64,000 bases of DNA, from positions 12,805 through 76,804 of the forward strand of contig CAYULB010000001.1 of assembly GCA_964445575.1 (NCBI GenBank), in the 5' to 3' direction. The notes under the pieces are model-generated. The model was not told where the DNA came from. It was given only the letters and a program-made list of their open reading frames with translations, and searched no databases. Source of the stretch: an uncultured Eubacteriales bacterium. GTDB taxonomy: Bacteria; Acidobacteriota; Aminicenantia; Aminicenantales; Aminicenantaceae. Both the position numbers and the translations under genes were made by a program. Of the stretch, positions 47,474 through 56,703 are shown piece after piece (position 1 is the stretch's first letter; each line of letters opens with the position of its first letter).

Positions 47474-48880
47474 TTAGAGAACGGGCAGATATCTTTCTAT
47501 TTCATATTCAGAGACCTGTTTTTCAAATTCTTTGGTAACTGATTTATTGTATTCGTCGATTTCAAATATTTTATTTTGGATGAATTTTTGAAACATGTTT
47601 TCTCCTAACAGTTCCTTGAGGAGTTTGCTTTTCTTCATTTTATTGAGGGCATTATGGAGATTGGAAGGGAGGGTATTGATGCGGAGTCTTTTTTGTTTGC
47701 TGTGGCTCATTTTGAAAATGTTTTCTTCTACTGGCTTGGGAAGAGGGTATTTATTATGGATCCCATTGAGCCCTGCAGCGATCATGGTGGCGAAAGAGAG
47801 ATAAAGATTGCACGAGGGATCGGGCGATCTCAATTCAATTCTGGTGGCCTCCTCTCTTCCCGGCTGGTATTCAGGGACCCTGATGTAAGCTGACCTGTTT
47901 TTCTGTCCCCAAGCAATATAAACAGGAGCTTCATAACCCACGATGAGCCTTTTGTATGAATTGACCCACTGGCAGAGCACAGCAGAGATATTCTGGGCAT
48001 TTTTCATAAGACCGGCCATATAGTATTTGGCTGTATCAGATAAGTGAAAACGGCTGTTTCTTTGGAAGAATAGATTTTGTCCTTTTCTCCATAGGGATTG
48101 ATGGACGTGCATCCCGTTTCCGTTTTGTCCATTTAAGGGTTTTGGCATGAAAGTGGCGTAGAGGTTGTTCATCCGAGCTGCTTTTTTGACCATATAGCGA
48201 AAAAGCATGCACACATCAGCCATTTCCAGCGCGCTGAGATACTTAAGGTCTATTTCATGCTGTCCGTTAGCCACTTCATGGTGGTCATACTCAGACTTGA
48301 TTCCCATTTTTTTCAATAAGATTTGGATTTCTTTTCTGATTTCACCATGGAGGCCCCCAAAAAAGTAACCCCCTTCATCTAAAGGAGTAGAAGTTTTTTG
48401 ATCAGGAAACAAGAAGAATTCCAGTTCAGGTCCCAGTTTGATGTCGTCTATGTGGTATTCTTGTTTGGCCATTCTTAGAACTTTTTTAAGAATGTGTCTA
48501 GAGTCTCCTTCATAGGGCTCTCCTTCAGGAGTTAAAATGTCTCCAAACATAACAGCTTCTTTCCATTTTATGTTTTCTGCAAATCCTTGATATTCCCAGG
48601 GGAGAATTCTAAACGTGGATGCTTCGGGTTTGATGATAAGGTCACTTTCTTCCACACGAACAAATCCTTCAATGGAAGAGCCGTCAAATCCTTTTCCTAG
48701 TTCAAAGGAGTTTTTAAGTTCATGACTGGGGATGGTGAAGTCCATATGCCTTCCTAATATGTCAGGAAATATGATTCTTATGAATTCTATCCTGTTTTCT
48801 GGATTTAACACTGTGTCAAGGACTTCCTGCTGTTCTTTATATCCAAAATTTTTAGTTGTTTCCTTGTTGGTCATGGGCAT
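47474..48880 (-). CDS. glnA: Glutamine synthetase, type I
   Basis: FDGSSIEGF, the GNGMHVHQSLW region, NSYKRL and RIELRSPDPSCNLYL motifs. AAGGAG Shine-Dalgarno. Confidence 0.9.
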   Translation of the reverse strand: MPMTNKETTKNFGYKEQQEVLDTVLNPENRIEFIRIIFPDILGRHMDFTIPSHELKNSFELGKGFDGSSIEGFVRVEESDLIIKPEASTFRILPWEYQGFAENIKWKEAVMFGDILTPEGEPYEGDSRHILKKVLRMAKQEYHIDDIKLGPELEFFLFPDQKTSTPLDEGGYFFGGLHGEIRKEIQILLKKMGIKSEYDHHEVANGQHEIDLKYLSALEMADVCMLFRYMVKKAARMNNLYATFMPKPLNGQNGNGMHVHQSLWRKGQNLFFQRNSRFHLSDTAKYYMAGLMKNAQNISAVLCQWVNSYKRLIVGYEAPVYIAWGQKNRSAYIRVPEYQPGREEATRIELRSPDPSCNLYLSFATMIAAGLNGIHNKYPLPKPVEENIFKMSHSKQKRLRINTLPSNLHNALNKMKKSKLLKELLGENMFQKFIQNKIFEIDEYNKSVTKEFEKQVSEYEIERYLPVL

Positions 48881-49013
48881 TCACTCCTTTGTTGTTTTTT
48901 GTTAAATATATCCCTAAATACAACAAAATAAAATTAATGTCAAATAATTCTTGAATAAAAAAGATATTTGTATTAATTTAACAAAAGATAAATGACATTC
49001 GTAGGAGGAAGCT

Positions 49014-49457
49014 ATGATTGATGATTTGGACCGGAAGATAATCAGAGCCTTAAATGAAAATGCAAGAAAGAGTTATAGAGAGATTGCAAAGCAGCTTGGA
49101 ATTTCTGTTACAGCAGTAATCAACAGAGTCAAAAAATTTGAAGAGACCGATGTCATAAGAGGCTATATTCCCGTGGTTAACAGGGAATACTTCGGGATTA
49201 GATTGACAGCCCTCATAGCTCTTCGTTTGGCTCAGGGAAATCTTCTTGAAACCCAGGAGCAGATAGCCCAAGATGACCGCATAGCTGCGGTCTATGATAT
49301 CACAGGAGAATGGGACTCGTTGATTATAGGGTACTTCAAAGACAGAAAAGACCTAAATGACTTTATCAAATCACTGCTTTCAAAGAATAATATTGATAGG
49401 TCTATCACCCATATTGTACTGAATACGGTCAAAGAGGAACGAAGAATTATTGTCTAA
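49014..49457 (+). CDS. Lrp/AsnC family transcriptional regulator
   Basis: LDRKIIRALNENARKSYREIAKQLGISVTAVINRVKK HTH plus a C-terminal RAM domain. AGGAGG Shine-Dalgarno. Divergent from glnA. Confidence 0.9.
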   Translation: MIDDLDRKIIRALNENARKSYREIAKQLGISVTAVINRVKKFEETDVIRGYIPVVNREYFGIRLTALIALRLAQGNLLETQEQIAQDDRIAAVYDITGEWDSLIIGYFKDRKDLNDFIKSLLSKNNIDRSITHIVLNTVKEERRIIV

Positions 49458-49460
49458 TAC

Positions 49461-49703
49461 CTAGCCGGGATTATTCATGGGTCAAGATGAAATTCAGAAA
49501 TGGCTGAAGCGACCTTGAAAATACAGTGAATTGTGAATGGGAAGTGGTGAATGGTAAATTGAAATAAATTTAGGCTTTTTAAATAAAATACAATTCACAA
49601 TTTACAACTCACAATTTACTTCTTTTCAAAAAAATCTTGCATATCGCTGAAATGAAATTAAATATGAAAACATCGTCATTTTTTTATGAATAGGTCAGGC
49701 TAG
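49461..49703 (+). repeat. Intergenic TIR-bounded element, copy 3 (same ends and 3' module, different hairpin cargo)
   Basis: Termini CTAGCCGGGATTATTCAT (49461-49478) and ATGAATAGGTCAGGCTAG (49686-49703). It starts 4 nt after the lrp stop. The core is a GTGAATTGTGAATGG..CAATTCACAATTTAC hairpin unrelated to the cargo of copies 1 and 2. Confidence 0.75.
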
Positions 49704-49719
49704 ACAAATTAACTGCTTC

Positions 49720-49728
49720 TGTTATAAT
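49720..49728 (+). promoter_or_regulatory. Extended -10 element (TGtTATAAT) 7 nt from the ATG of the M1-like peptidase gene
   Basis: TG at 49720-49721, TATAAT at 49723-49728, ATG at 49736. No Shine-Dalgarno. Confidence 0.45.
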
Positions 49729-49735
49729 TGTTGCG

Positions 49736-52354
49736 ATGAGAGGGTGCTTGGTGATTTTTTCTATTTTATGTCTTCTGATACTCCCCTTTTCTTCCCATGG
49801 CCAACAGGAGACGAATTCTTATGACCTAGAGGGGTTTATTGATGATTTGAAACAAGCCATAGAAAAAAAAGATTTAGAATCTTTTAAAAGGTCATTTGCC
49901 TCGGATTTGAAAGAAATTGAGGAAGCAAGATTTAAAAATTTTATTTATGACTTTTCCATGGATTCTATCTCTGTGGAGAACATTTCTATCAGCCAGAAGG
50001 ATTCTTATCGTTCCGAAGTTTACTTAACACTGATATTCCAGAATTTATATTCGGTTATATTTGATACTTGGCGCCTCGAGCTGGCAAAAGCAAACGGCGC
50101 TTGGAAAATTCTCAATAAAATAAGTATTGGCCAGACTCAAACTCTCTACAAACTGAAAATTCCTTCAGAAAAGATAGAGAGAGTAAAAAAGATTGAAGTC
50201 AATCACAAAGACATTTCATTTACTTTTGAGGACTCGGTGCTCTTTTATGACAATATTCCTGATCTGGATACAGGTTTGATCGTGATTGGCAAGGGACAGG
50301 TAGAATTTACGCCTTCTCTCTCCCGGGAAAGGCATCATTTGGAATTGATGTATAGGGATCCCTCTATAAATGCCAGAATTGAGTACCTTTATCTCCGGTT
50401 CAGTCCGGATTATTTTGATAAAAACGTGAAAATAATTAAAGGAGGAGTCGAGGAAAGGCCTATCCTGGAATCTGAACGACAGATGGCCCAAGAACTTTTT
50501 GAAAAGAATTATCCAAGGTCTTTTACCGTAAGAAGCTCCCTTACAAATGATTTTTTTTCTGTTTTACCCAAAGAAGAGGAAGTGGCATTTGATTTTAAGA
50601 CAAAGAAAATCGGAGAGTTGACTTATATTTTTTCTCCCTTTGCTTTTGAAGAGATCAATCTTCATCAGTGGAAAAAGGATAAGGTTATCTGTCTTTATTC
50701 CCCTCCGGTGGAAGAAGAAGGGAAAAAAATGTTTATTTCTTTTGGGCAGAAGTTTGATGTGCAGGATTATCAGCTGGCTGTCACCTATGATCCGGAACAG
50801 AATCATTTTTCTGGACAGGCAAAAATAAAATTTGAGTCAAATGTGGGAAGATTAAGTAGCTTAAAGTTTATAATAAACCCAAAACTAAGGATTCTGCGCA
50901 TTAATGACCAAGAACAAAACAAGCTGTATTTTTCTCAAGATGATTACAGGAGGACCGTGTATGTATACCTTCTGGATAGTCTATCCAGTGGAGAGTCGGG
51001 AGAAATAGAAATATTTTATAGAGGGAAATTACCACCTCTCGAAGAGAGCCATGAGGCAGCAGAAGCAATACAGAGGAATACAAAAATAGAGTTTGTAGAA
51101 ACAAGGGATAAGACCTATTTTTACAGCCGTTCTTCCTACTGGTACCCAGCGCCCTCGGAAGAAGACTATTTTACAGCCCGGCTGGAATTGGTTCTTCCCC
51201 CGGGATATTCTGCTGTATCTAATGGACATGGGGTCAAGGAGATTAGTGAAGAAAACACTGGGGTAAGAAAAGAGGGTGGTAAAGACTCACATTCCCTAAA
51301 CACCTTTGAAGTGAGAAAAAAGGTTAAATACCTTGCATTTGTGGTGGGAAAATGGATAAAGGAAGAAGAAGTTAAAGTTCCCATTCCCATTGATTATTAC
51401 AGAGCTCCCAATACTCAGGCCTATACAGAGAATGTTATTCAAAATTCAATTCAGATCATTGAGTTTTACCAAAGTCGATTTGGTTCTTATCCTTTTGATA
51501 AACTGAGTGTGGTCAAACATGTAGGAAAAAGAAAGGGGGGGTACAGTCCTGCTGGTTTTGTGGTTATTAAAGACCTTCCTCTGATGAGTGGCGTAAGCTC
51601 CCGCAGGATGACCAGAAGTCCAGTGGATCTTTCCAGCTACCATGAATATTTCCTGGCTCATGAAATTGCTCATCAATGGTGGGGTCAGGGAGTTTCTTGG
51701 GACTCCTATCATGACCAGTGGATCAGTGAAGGACTGGCTCAATTTTCAACCATTCTTTTTTTGAAGGAAAAATATGGAAAAGACCATTTCAGTGATATTT
51801 TAAAAAACTTTTCCAAATGGGCCAAAAAGAACACGGAATGGGGACCTATCATAATGGGTTCAAGAATAAGTCATCTGGATTACCAAGGATATCAATCTGT
51901 CATCTATAATAAGGCCTCTCTTGTTTTGAATATGCTGAAAGACTGGTTGGGGGAAGAAGTCTTTTTTAGAGGGATGCAGAGATTATTTTTAGAGAATCAA
52001 TACAGCTCTCTGGATACCAAGGCATTTATCAGCGTTTTTGATGAAATCGCAGAAAGTGATTTAGATCCTTTTTTTGAGATGTGGTTCTATAATTATCATC
52101 TACCCGAGGTCAAGGTCATTCATTCTTTGGAAAGAAACAGTTCAGGTTTCATACTTAGATTAAGCGTAACTCAAGATGAACCGGTTTTTATGTTTCCTTT
52201 ATGGTTGGAGTGGATAGAAAGCGGAAAAAGAGTGAGAAAAAAGATATTAGTGGACAGAAAAGTGATCAATGTCCAATTTAGCCTAGAAGAGAAACCCAAG
52301 AAACTGAAAGTCAATCCGGATAACGCTGTTCCTGGTCAGTTCCGCTTGAAATGA
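49736..52354 (+). CDS. Secreted M1-family (gluzincin) peptidase-like protein with a long N-terminal extension
   Basis: Signal peptide MRGCLVIFSILCLLILPFSSHG. HEIAHQWWG followed 18 residues later by E (WISEGLAQF), which is HExxH-x18-E. I could not find a GAMEN-type exopeptidase motif upstream. Confidence 0.75.
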   Translation: MRGCLVIFSILCLLILPFSSHGQQETNSYDLEGFIDDLKQAIEKKDLESFKRSFASDLKEIEEARFKNFIYDFSMDSISVENISISQKDSYRSEVYLTLIFQNLYSVIFDTWRLELAKANGAWKILNKISIGQTQTLYKLKIPSEKIERVKKIEVNHKDISFTFEDSVLFYDNIPDLDTGLIVIGKGQVEFTPSLSRERHHLELMYRDPSINARIEYLYLRFSPDYFDKNVKIIKGGVEERPILESERQMAQELFEKNYPRSFTVRSSLTNDFFSVLPKEEEVAFDFKTKKIGELTYIFSPFAFEEINLHQWKKDKVICLYSPPVEEEGKKMFISFGQKFDVQDYQLAVTYDPEQNHFSGQAKIKFESNVGRLSSLKFIINPKLRILRINDQEQNKLYFSQDDYRRTVYVYLLDSLSSGESGEIEIFYRGKLPPLEESHEAAEAIQRNTKIEFVETRDKTYFYSRSSYWYPAPSEEDYFTARLELVLPPGYSAVSNGHGVKEISEENTGVRKEGGKDSHSLNTFEVRKKVKYLAFVVGKWIKEEEVKVPIPIDYYRAPNTQAYTENVIQNSIQIIEFYQSRFGSYPFDKLSVVKHVGKRKGGYSPAGFVVIKDLPLMSGVSSRRMTRSPVDLSSYHEYFLAHEIAHQWWGQGVSWDSYHDQWISEGLAQFSTILFLKEKYGKDHFSDILKNFSKWAKKNTEWGPIIMGSRISHLDYQGYQSVIYNKASLVLNMLKDWLGEEVFFRGMQRLFLENQYSSLDTKAFISVFDEIAESDLDPFFEMWFYNYHLPEVKVIHSLERNSSGFILRLSVTQDEPVFMFPLWLEWIESGKRVRKKILVDRKVINVQFSLEEKPKKLKVNPDNAVPGQFRLK

Positions 52355-52400
52355 TTTGGAACCGTTTGATTTAAAACACAGAATCTGCAAACCTTAGGGA

Positions 52401-53792
52401 TTATGGTTGAGGGGTGTTTGTTTTGATATCCAACCGTTTGATCATTTCGTTTAGAGTGGTTGGTTTGATCCCGAGAAGCTGGGCTGCTTTTTTTTGAGTT
52501 CCGTTCGATTTTTTTAGGGCATCCATGACAGCTCTTTTTTGGAAAAGCCGGGTTCTTTCTTTAAGGTCAATATTATGATTTGAAACCAGCGAGTCATCTT
52601 TTTCCAAGTTTTTTGTCTGAAGAAGAAAGGATGGAATTTGGTCTCTTCCTATGATTTTAGATCGGGTCAGCACTGCGGTTCTTTCAATGAAATTTTCAAG
52701 CTCTCTGACATTGCCGGGCCAGGAATAGTTTTCAAGTAGTTCCATGAGATCTTCAGTCACTTTAAGGTCTTTTTTCTTGTTTTCTTCACCGTAAATTTCT
52801 AGAAAATGTTTTACCAGAAGCGGGATGTCTTCTTTTCTTTCTCTAAGAGGAGGGAGCTCTATTTTAATCACATTGAGGCGGTAAAAAAGGTCTTCTCTGA
52901 ACCGATTTTGTTTGATGAGTTCTTCAAGGTCAGTATTGGTGGCTGCGATGACTCGGGTATCTACCTTTAAGGTCTGTGTGCCCCCGAGCTTCATGAATTC
53001 TTTTTCCTGCATCACCCTCAGCAGTTTTGCTTGAGTCTCCAGATTCAGAGATGATATTTCATCAAAAAAAATACTTCCTTTGTCAGCCGCTTCGAACAGC
53101 CCTTTTTTATGGCTGACCGCTCCTGTGAAGGACCCCTTGACATGACCAAACAAATGGCTCTCGAGCAGTTCAGGGGGGAGGGAACCGCTGTTAACCGTGA
53201 TAAAAGGAGCCTTGGAGCGTTCGCTGTGCTGGTGAATGGCTCTGGCAACCAGCTCTTTTCCTGTCCCGCTTTCTCCTTGGATGAGTATGGTGCTTCGAGT
53301 GGGAGCTGAAGCTGATATTAGATTGAAAACATCCTGTATGATTTTACTTTTTCCAATGATGTTCTCGAAACTGAATTTTCTTCTCAGTTCATCTTTCAGC
53401 TGAATATTTTCTTCCTGGAGCTTTTTGTGTTTAATGGCTCTTTTGACACTGATAAGAAGTTCGTCGTGCTGAAAAGGTTTTTGAATATAGTCAAAAGCTC
53501 CCTTTTTCATGGCAGAAATGGCTGATTCGATAGAAGCGTAGGCGGTTATGATAATAACCACGGCATTGGGGTCTATTTTTTTGATCTTCTGCAGAACTTC
53601 TATTCCATCCATGCCAGGCATAAGAAGGTCTAGAAGAACTAAATCAAAGGACTCTGATTGATGCTTTTTTAATGCTTCCTCGCCGTTGGAGGACAACCTG
53701 CATTCATACCCTTCTGAAACCAACAGGTCTTCCAATACTTCGTGGATTATTTTTTCATCATCAATGATATGAATGGTTTCTTTTTTGGCCAT
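52401..53792 (-). CDS. Sigma-54-dependent response regulator (NtrC/PilR-type: receiver plus AAA+ plus Fis HTH)
   Basis: Receiver DLVLLDLLMPGMDG. AAA+ GESGTGKELVARAIH, GHVKGSFTGA, RFREDLFYRL. HTH QKKAAQLLGIKPTTLNEMIKRL. Confidence 0.9.
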   Translation of the reverse strand: MAKKETIHIIDDEKIIHEVLEDLLVSEGYECRLSSNGEEALKKHQSESFDLVLLDLLMPGMDGIEVLQKIKKIDPNAVVIIITAYASIESAISAMKKGAFDYIQKPFQHDELLISVKRAIKHKKLQEENIQLKDELRRKFSFENIIGKSKIIQDVFNLISASAPTRSTILIQGESGTGKELVARAIHQHSERSKAPFITVNSGSLPPELLESHLFGHVKGSFTGAVSHKKGLFEAADKGSIFFDEISSLNLETQAKLLRVMQEKEFMKLGGTQTLKVDTRVIAATNTDLEELIKQNRFREDLFYRLNVIKIELPPLRERKEDIPLLVKHFLEIYGEENKKKDLKVTEDLMELLENYSWPGNVRELENFIERTAVLTRSKIIGRDQIPSFLLQTKNLEKDDSLVSNHNIDLKERTRLFQKRAVMDALKKSNGTQKKAAQLLGIKPTTLNEMIKRLDIKTNTPQP

Positions 53793-53795
53793 TTT

Positions 53796-56636
53796 TTATA
53801 CAGACAAAGTTTTGTCTTCTTCTCTTTTTATCTGTTTAATAGGAATAGAAATGGTGAAAGTAGTTCCTTTCCCCACATCACTATCGACTTCAATATATCC
53901 TTCATGCTCTTTGATTATAGCATAGCTTATAGAAAGTCCGAGACCTGTTCCTTTACCAAATCCTTTGGTGGTGAAGAATGGGTCAAAGATATTAGCTATG
54001 TGTTGGCTTTTGATCCCGAAACCTGTATCTTTAATCTTTACTGTGATATATCCCTTTTTTGAAAAAAGACTTATGGAAAGTTTTCCCCCATCTGGCATGG
54101 CATCCAGTGCATTTAGTATGATGTTGATAAAAACTTGCTGGAGTCTTTCTTCCTGGGCCCATATGGGCTCTACCTCTTTCAGGTCTAACTCTAACTCTAT
54201 GTTCATGTTTTTCAGCTTGTAGTCAATTAAAGAGATTATGGACAGAAGGCTTTCTTTAAGATTGATTTTTTGGAGTTGGGATTTTGAAGGATTGCGTGCT
54301 AGATTCAACAGATTCTTTACAATTTTGCCAACTCTGTCAGCCTGAGTTTCGATTTTTTCAAGAATTTTACTATGCTGAGTGTTGTCGAGTTTTTTTTGGA
54401 GCATTTGGACATAACTGGAAATGCCTGTCAAGGGTGTGTTGATCTCATGCGCAACTCCAGCCGAGAGCAATCCAAGAGAAGCCAGTTTTTCTGATGTCAG
54501 CAGTTGCTGCTGAAGCGAAATTTTTTCTGTAGTATCATCAAAAACAATGATGGTCCCATAGGGATTCATTTTATTGTCAAGAAGAGGAGTTTTAGCTATA
54601 TCAAAAATTTTCTTTTTCCCGTTAGGCAGGTCAAGTGAAATCTCGCTCAAAAGACGGAATCCTTTCTGCGTATCGGAGGGGAAAATAGATGAATAATTTT
54701 CACTTCCCAGTACTTGACTTAATTTTTTGCCCTCCACATCTTCTTTTTTTTGGGAAAAAGTTTCTTCCATCACCCGGTTCCAGCCGATTATTTTTCTCTC
54801 TTGGTCCATCACGGCCACTCCAACGGTAAGGCTTTCTATGATATTTTCACTGTAATCTTTAAGGCGTTCCAATTCATAAGCTCTGTCTCTGGCTTGGTCG
54901 TATAGGTATGCATTTTCAAGAGCCAAGGCCATGGGAGAGGATATGGTTCTGAGAAGTTCCCAGTCTTCTGAATTCAGGTAAGTGTTATCATTTTTTTTCC
55001 CCATGGCAAGACAACCGATAAGTTTTTCTTCCCCTTTTAAGGGAAGCAGATGGAAAAATCCCAGAAATGAAAGTCCATCCTTATCCTCTCTGGGATTGGT
55101 TTTTTTTTCTTCTGTCAGAGAATAGAGAGACACAAAATCCTGTTCTTTTATTTTTTTAAGAAGACTGTTATCCAGGCTTATGGTTTTTGTTTTAAGATGA
55201 AAATCTCCTTTCCAATTCTGGATGTAAAAACTATTTTTGTTGTTTTTAGCGGGAAGCAGGAGCGCTATAGAAGAGAGGGACAAGGCATTTGAGATTAAGT
55301 CAAGGAGTGATTTAGATAATTTTTGAAGGTCTCTCTCTCTACTGAGTTCCTGACTTATAGAAAGAAGAGTTTTTCTGTACTGGTAGCTTCGTTTGTAGAT
55401 AACCCTGTCCAGAAGAGATTGGATCAATTTTTTTAAGGGGGTGAATAGGGTAGCCCCCAGTATAATAGCCAGAACACCCAATATAAGAGCATTCAATCTA
55501 TTCTCTGAGAAGATTTTTGTCTGGGAACTCACCACAACATAAAGGATAGCAATGACCACGTAGGAGGATATCAGAGTGACTGCTTTTTTCAGAATGACTT
55601 CCAGGTCCATGAGCTTGTATCTGGAGATTGAATAGGCAAAGGTAAGAGGAATGAGTGCCTGCAGTATAACCGTAAGTTCCGCGATATTTGAAGGAACAGC
55701 TCCTAACATAAAAGGAATGGAATAAAGGATTGAAAAGGGAATGATTCCCAGTCCCAGTCCATAGGCAACCCATTTGAGCTGTTTCTTGATTATGAAGTCA
55801 CTGACTTTATAAGAGTCATAGATTATGATTCCTAAAGCACTGAGGGTAAAAACAGTGAAGTGAAAAAGATCGAGTTTTTCTAAAGTTTTATAATATCGGC
55901 TGATAAAAGATTCTGAAAATCTGAGTACATTGGGAAGATGGACAAAAACTCGGCTGATAAGCAGGATGGATCCGGGGAGATAAAGGACTGCCCCTGAAGA
56001 AATGATTTTCTTTGAAAACCTTTTTCTTTTAGGGAAAATAAGAAAAAAATGAAGAAGCAGAGGAGGAAAGATAATAAAGGCTATTCTGTCTATCCAGTAA
56101 AACATGTTATCAAGGGTGTCCAAATGACCGGTGGGAGAAAAAACATGAAAGCAGTAGAAGGCAAGAGATATCAGAAAAAAGAATATAAAAGGAAGAGTAA
56201 GCTTTTTACCTGCATTCAAAAGCACTATGAGACCGATCACAAGAGTGGTAAGTCCTATGAGAGCGAGATAAAAATAGATAGGACTGGTCCCTTTGGTGGT
56301 GAGGTAGAAAGAGGGAAATATCTGATCTCCTTTGTGAATGACTTCATAGATGACTTTTTGGTTGAGGCTCTGTGCTTTCCAAAGCTGCCTGGCTAGGTCA
56401 ATACTGCTTCTTATAGGGACCTCATTTATTGAATAAAGAATATCTCCTTTGTCAATTCCTACCAAATAAGCAGGACTTCCTTCTTCAACTTTGAGTGCCT
56501 TGAGTCCCTGGGAAGTTTCTTCCCAAGTGACTCCGTCTGTAGGTTCTTCCCATATGATTTTTTTATATATGTTACTACAGCCCAACACAAGCAGTATAAG
56601 AACAGGGGCTAAAAACAAATAGAGTTTGTTGTTCAT
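53796..56636 (-). CDS. Sensor histidine kinase: lipobox signal, periplasmic PDZ, multi-pass TM block, GAF-like, PAS, HisKA, HATPase_c
   Basis: N-terminus ..LILLVLGCSN (lipobox). PDZ-like LKVEEGSPAYLVGIDKGDILYSINEVPIRSSIDL. About 8-10 hydrophobic helices. PAS (LTVGVAVMDQERKIIGWN). H-box GVAHEINTPL. N/G boxes (NALDAMPDGG, DTGFGI, GKGTGLGLS). Confidence 0.85.
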   Translation of the reverse strand: MNNKLYLFLAPVLILLVLGCSNIYKKIIWEEPTDGVTWEETSQGLKALKVEEGSPAYLVGIDKGDILYSINEVPIRSSIDLARQLWKAQSLNQKVIYEVIHKGDQIFPSFYLTTKGTSPIYFYLALIGLTTLVIGLIVLLNAGKKLTLPFIFFFLISLAFYCFHVFSPTGHLDTLDNMFYWIDRIAFIIFPPLLLHFFLIFPKRKRFSKKIISSGAVLYLPGSILLISRVFVHLPNVLRFSESFISRYYKTLEKLDLFHFTVFTLSALGIIIYDSYKVSDFIIKKQLKWVAYGLGLGIIPFSILYSIPFMLGAVPSNIAELTVILQALIPLTFAYSISRYKLMDLEVILKKAVTLISSYVVIAILYVVVSSQTKIFSENRLNALILGVLAIILGATLFTPLKKLIQSLLDRVIYKRSYQYRKTLLSISQELSRERDLQKLSKSLLDLISNALSLSSIALLLPAKNNKNSFYIQNWKGDFHLKTKTISLDNSLLKKIKEQDFVSLYSLTEEKKTNPREDKDGLSFLGFFHLLPLKGEEKLIGCLAMGKKNDNTYLNSEDWELLRTISSPMALALENAYLYDQARDRAYELERLKDYSENIIESLTVGVAVMDQERKIIGWNRVMEETFSQKKEDVEGKKLSQVLGSENYSSIFPSDTQKGFRLLSEISLDLPNGKKKIFDIAKTPLLDNKMNPYGTIIVFDDTTEKISLQQQLLTSEKLASLGLLSAGVAHEINTPLTGISSYVQMLQKKLDNTQHSKILEKIETQADRVGKIVKNLLNLARNPSKSQLQKINLKESLLSIISLIDYKLKNMNIELELDLKEVEPIWAQEERLQQVFINIILNALDAMPDGGKLSISLFSKKGYITVKIKDTGFGIKSQHIANIFDPFFTTKGFGKGTGLGLSISYAIIKEHEGYIEVDSDVGKGTTFTISIPIKQIKREEDKTLSV

Positions 56637-56703
56637 GTTGCAAGACTCACCGTTTCTAAGACAGCCAGGAATTCAAAAGATTGACTCATTATAAAGAACA
56701 TGT

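Noticed and set aside
48968-48984. TTGTATTAATTTAACAA (TTGT-N9-ACAA) in the glnA/lrp divergent spacer as a GlnR/TnrA- or Lrp-type operator
   Set aside because: Only the outer 4 bp are palindromic. It does not fit TGTNA-N7-TNACA, and AT-rich spacers produce such matches by chance.
25830-49703. Whether the repeated ~250-bp sequences could be a CRISPR array or leader
   Set aside because: The copies are kilobases apart and each sits in a different intergenic spacer. They are about 250 bp long with internal hairpins. No cas genes are present.
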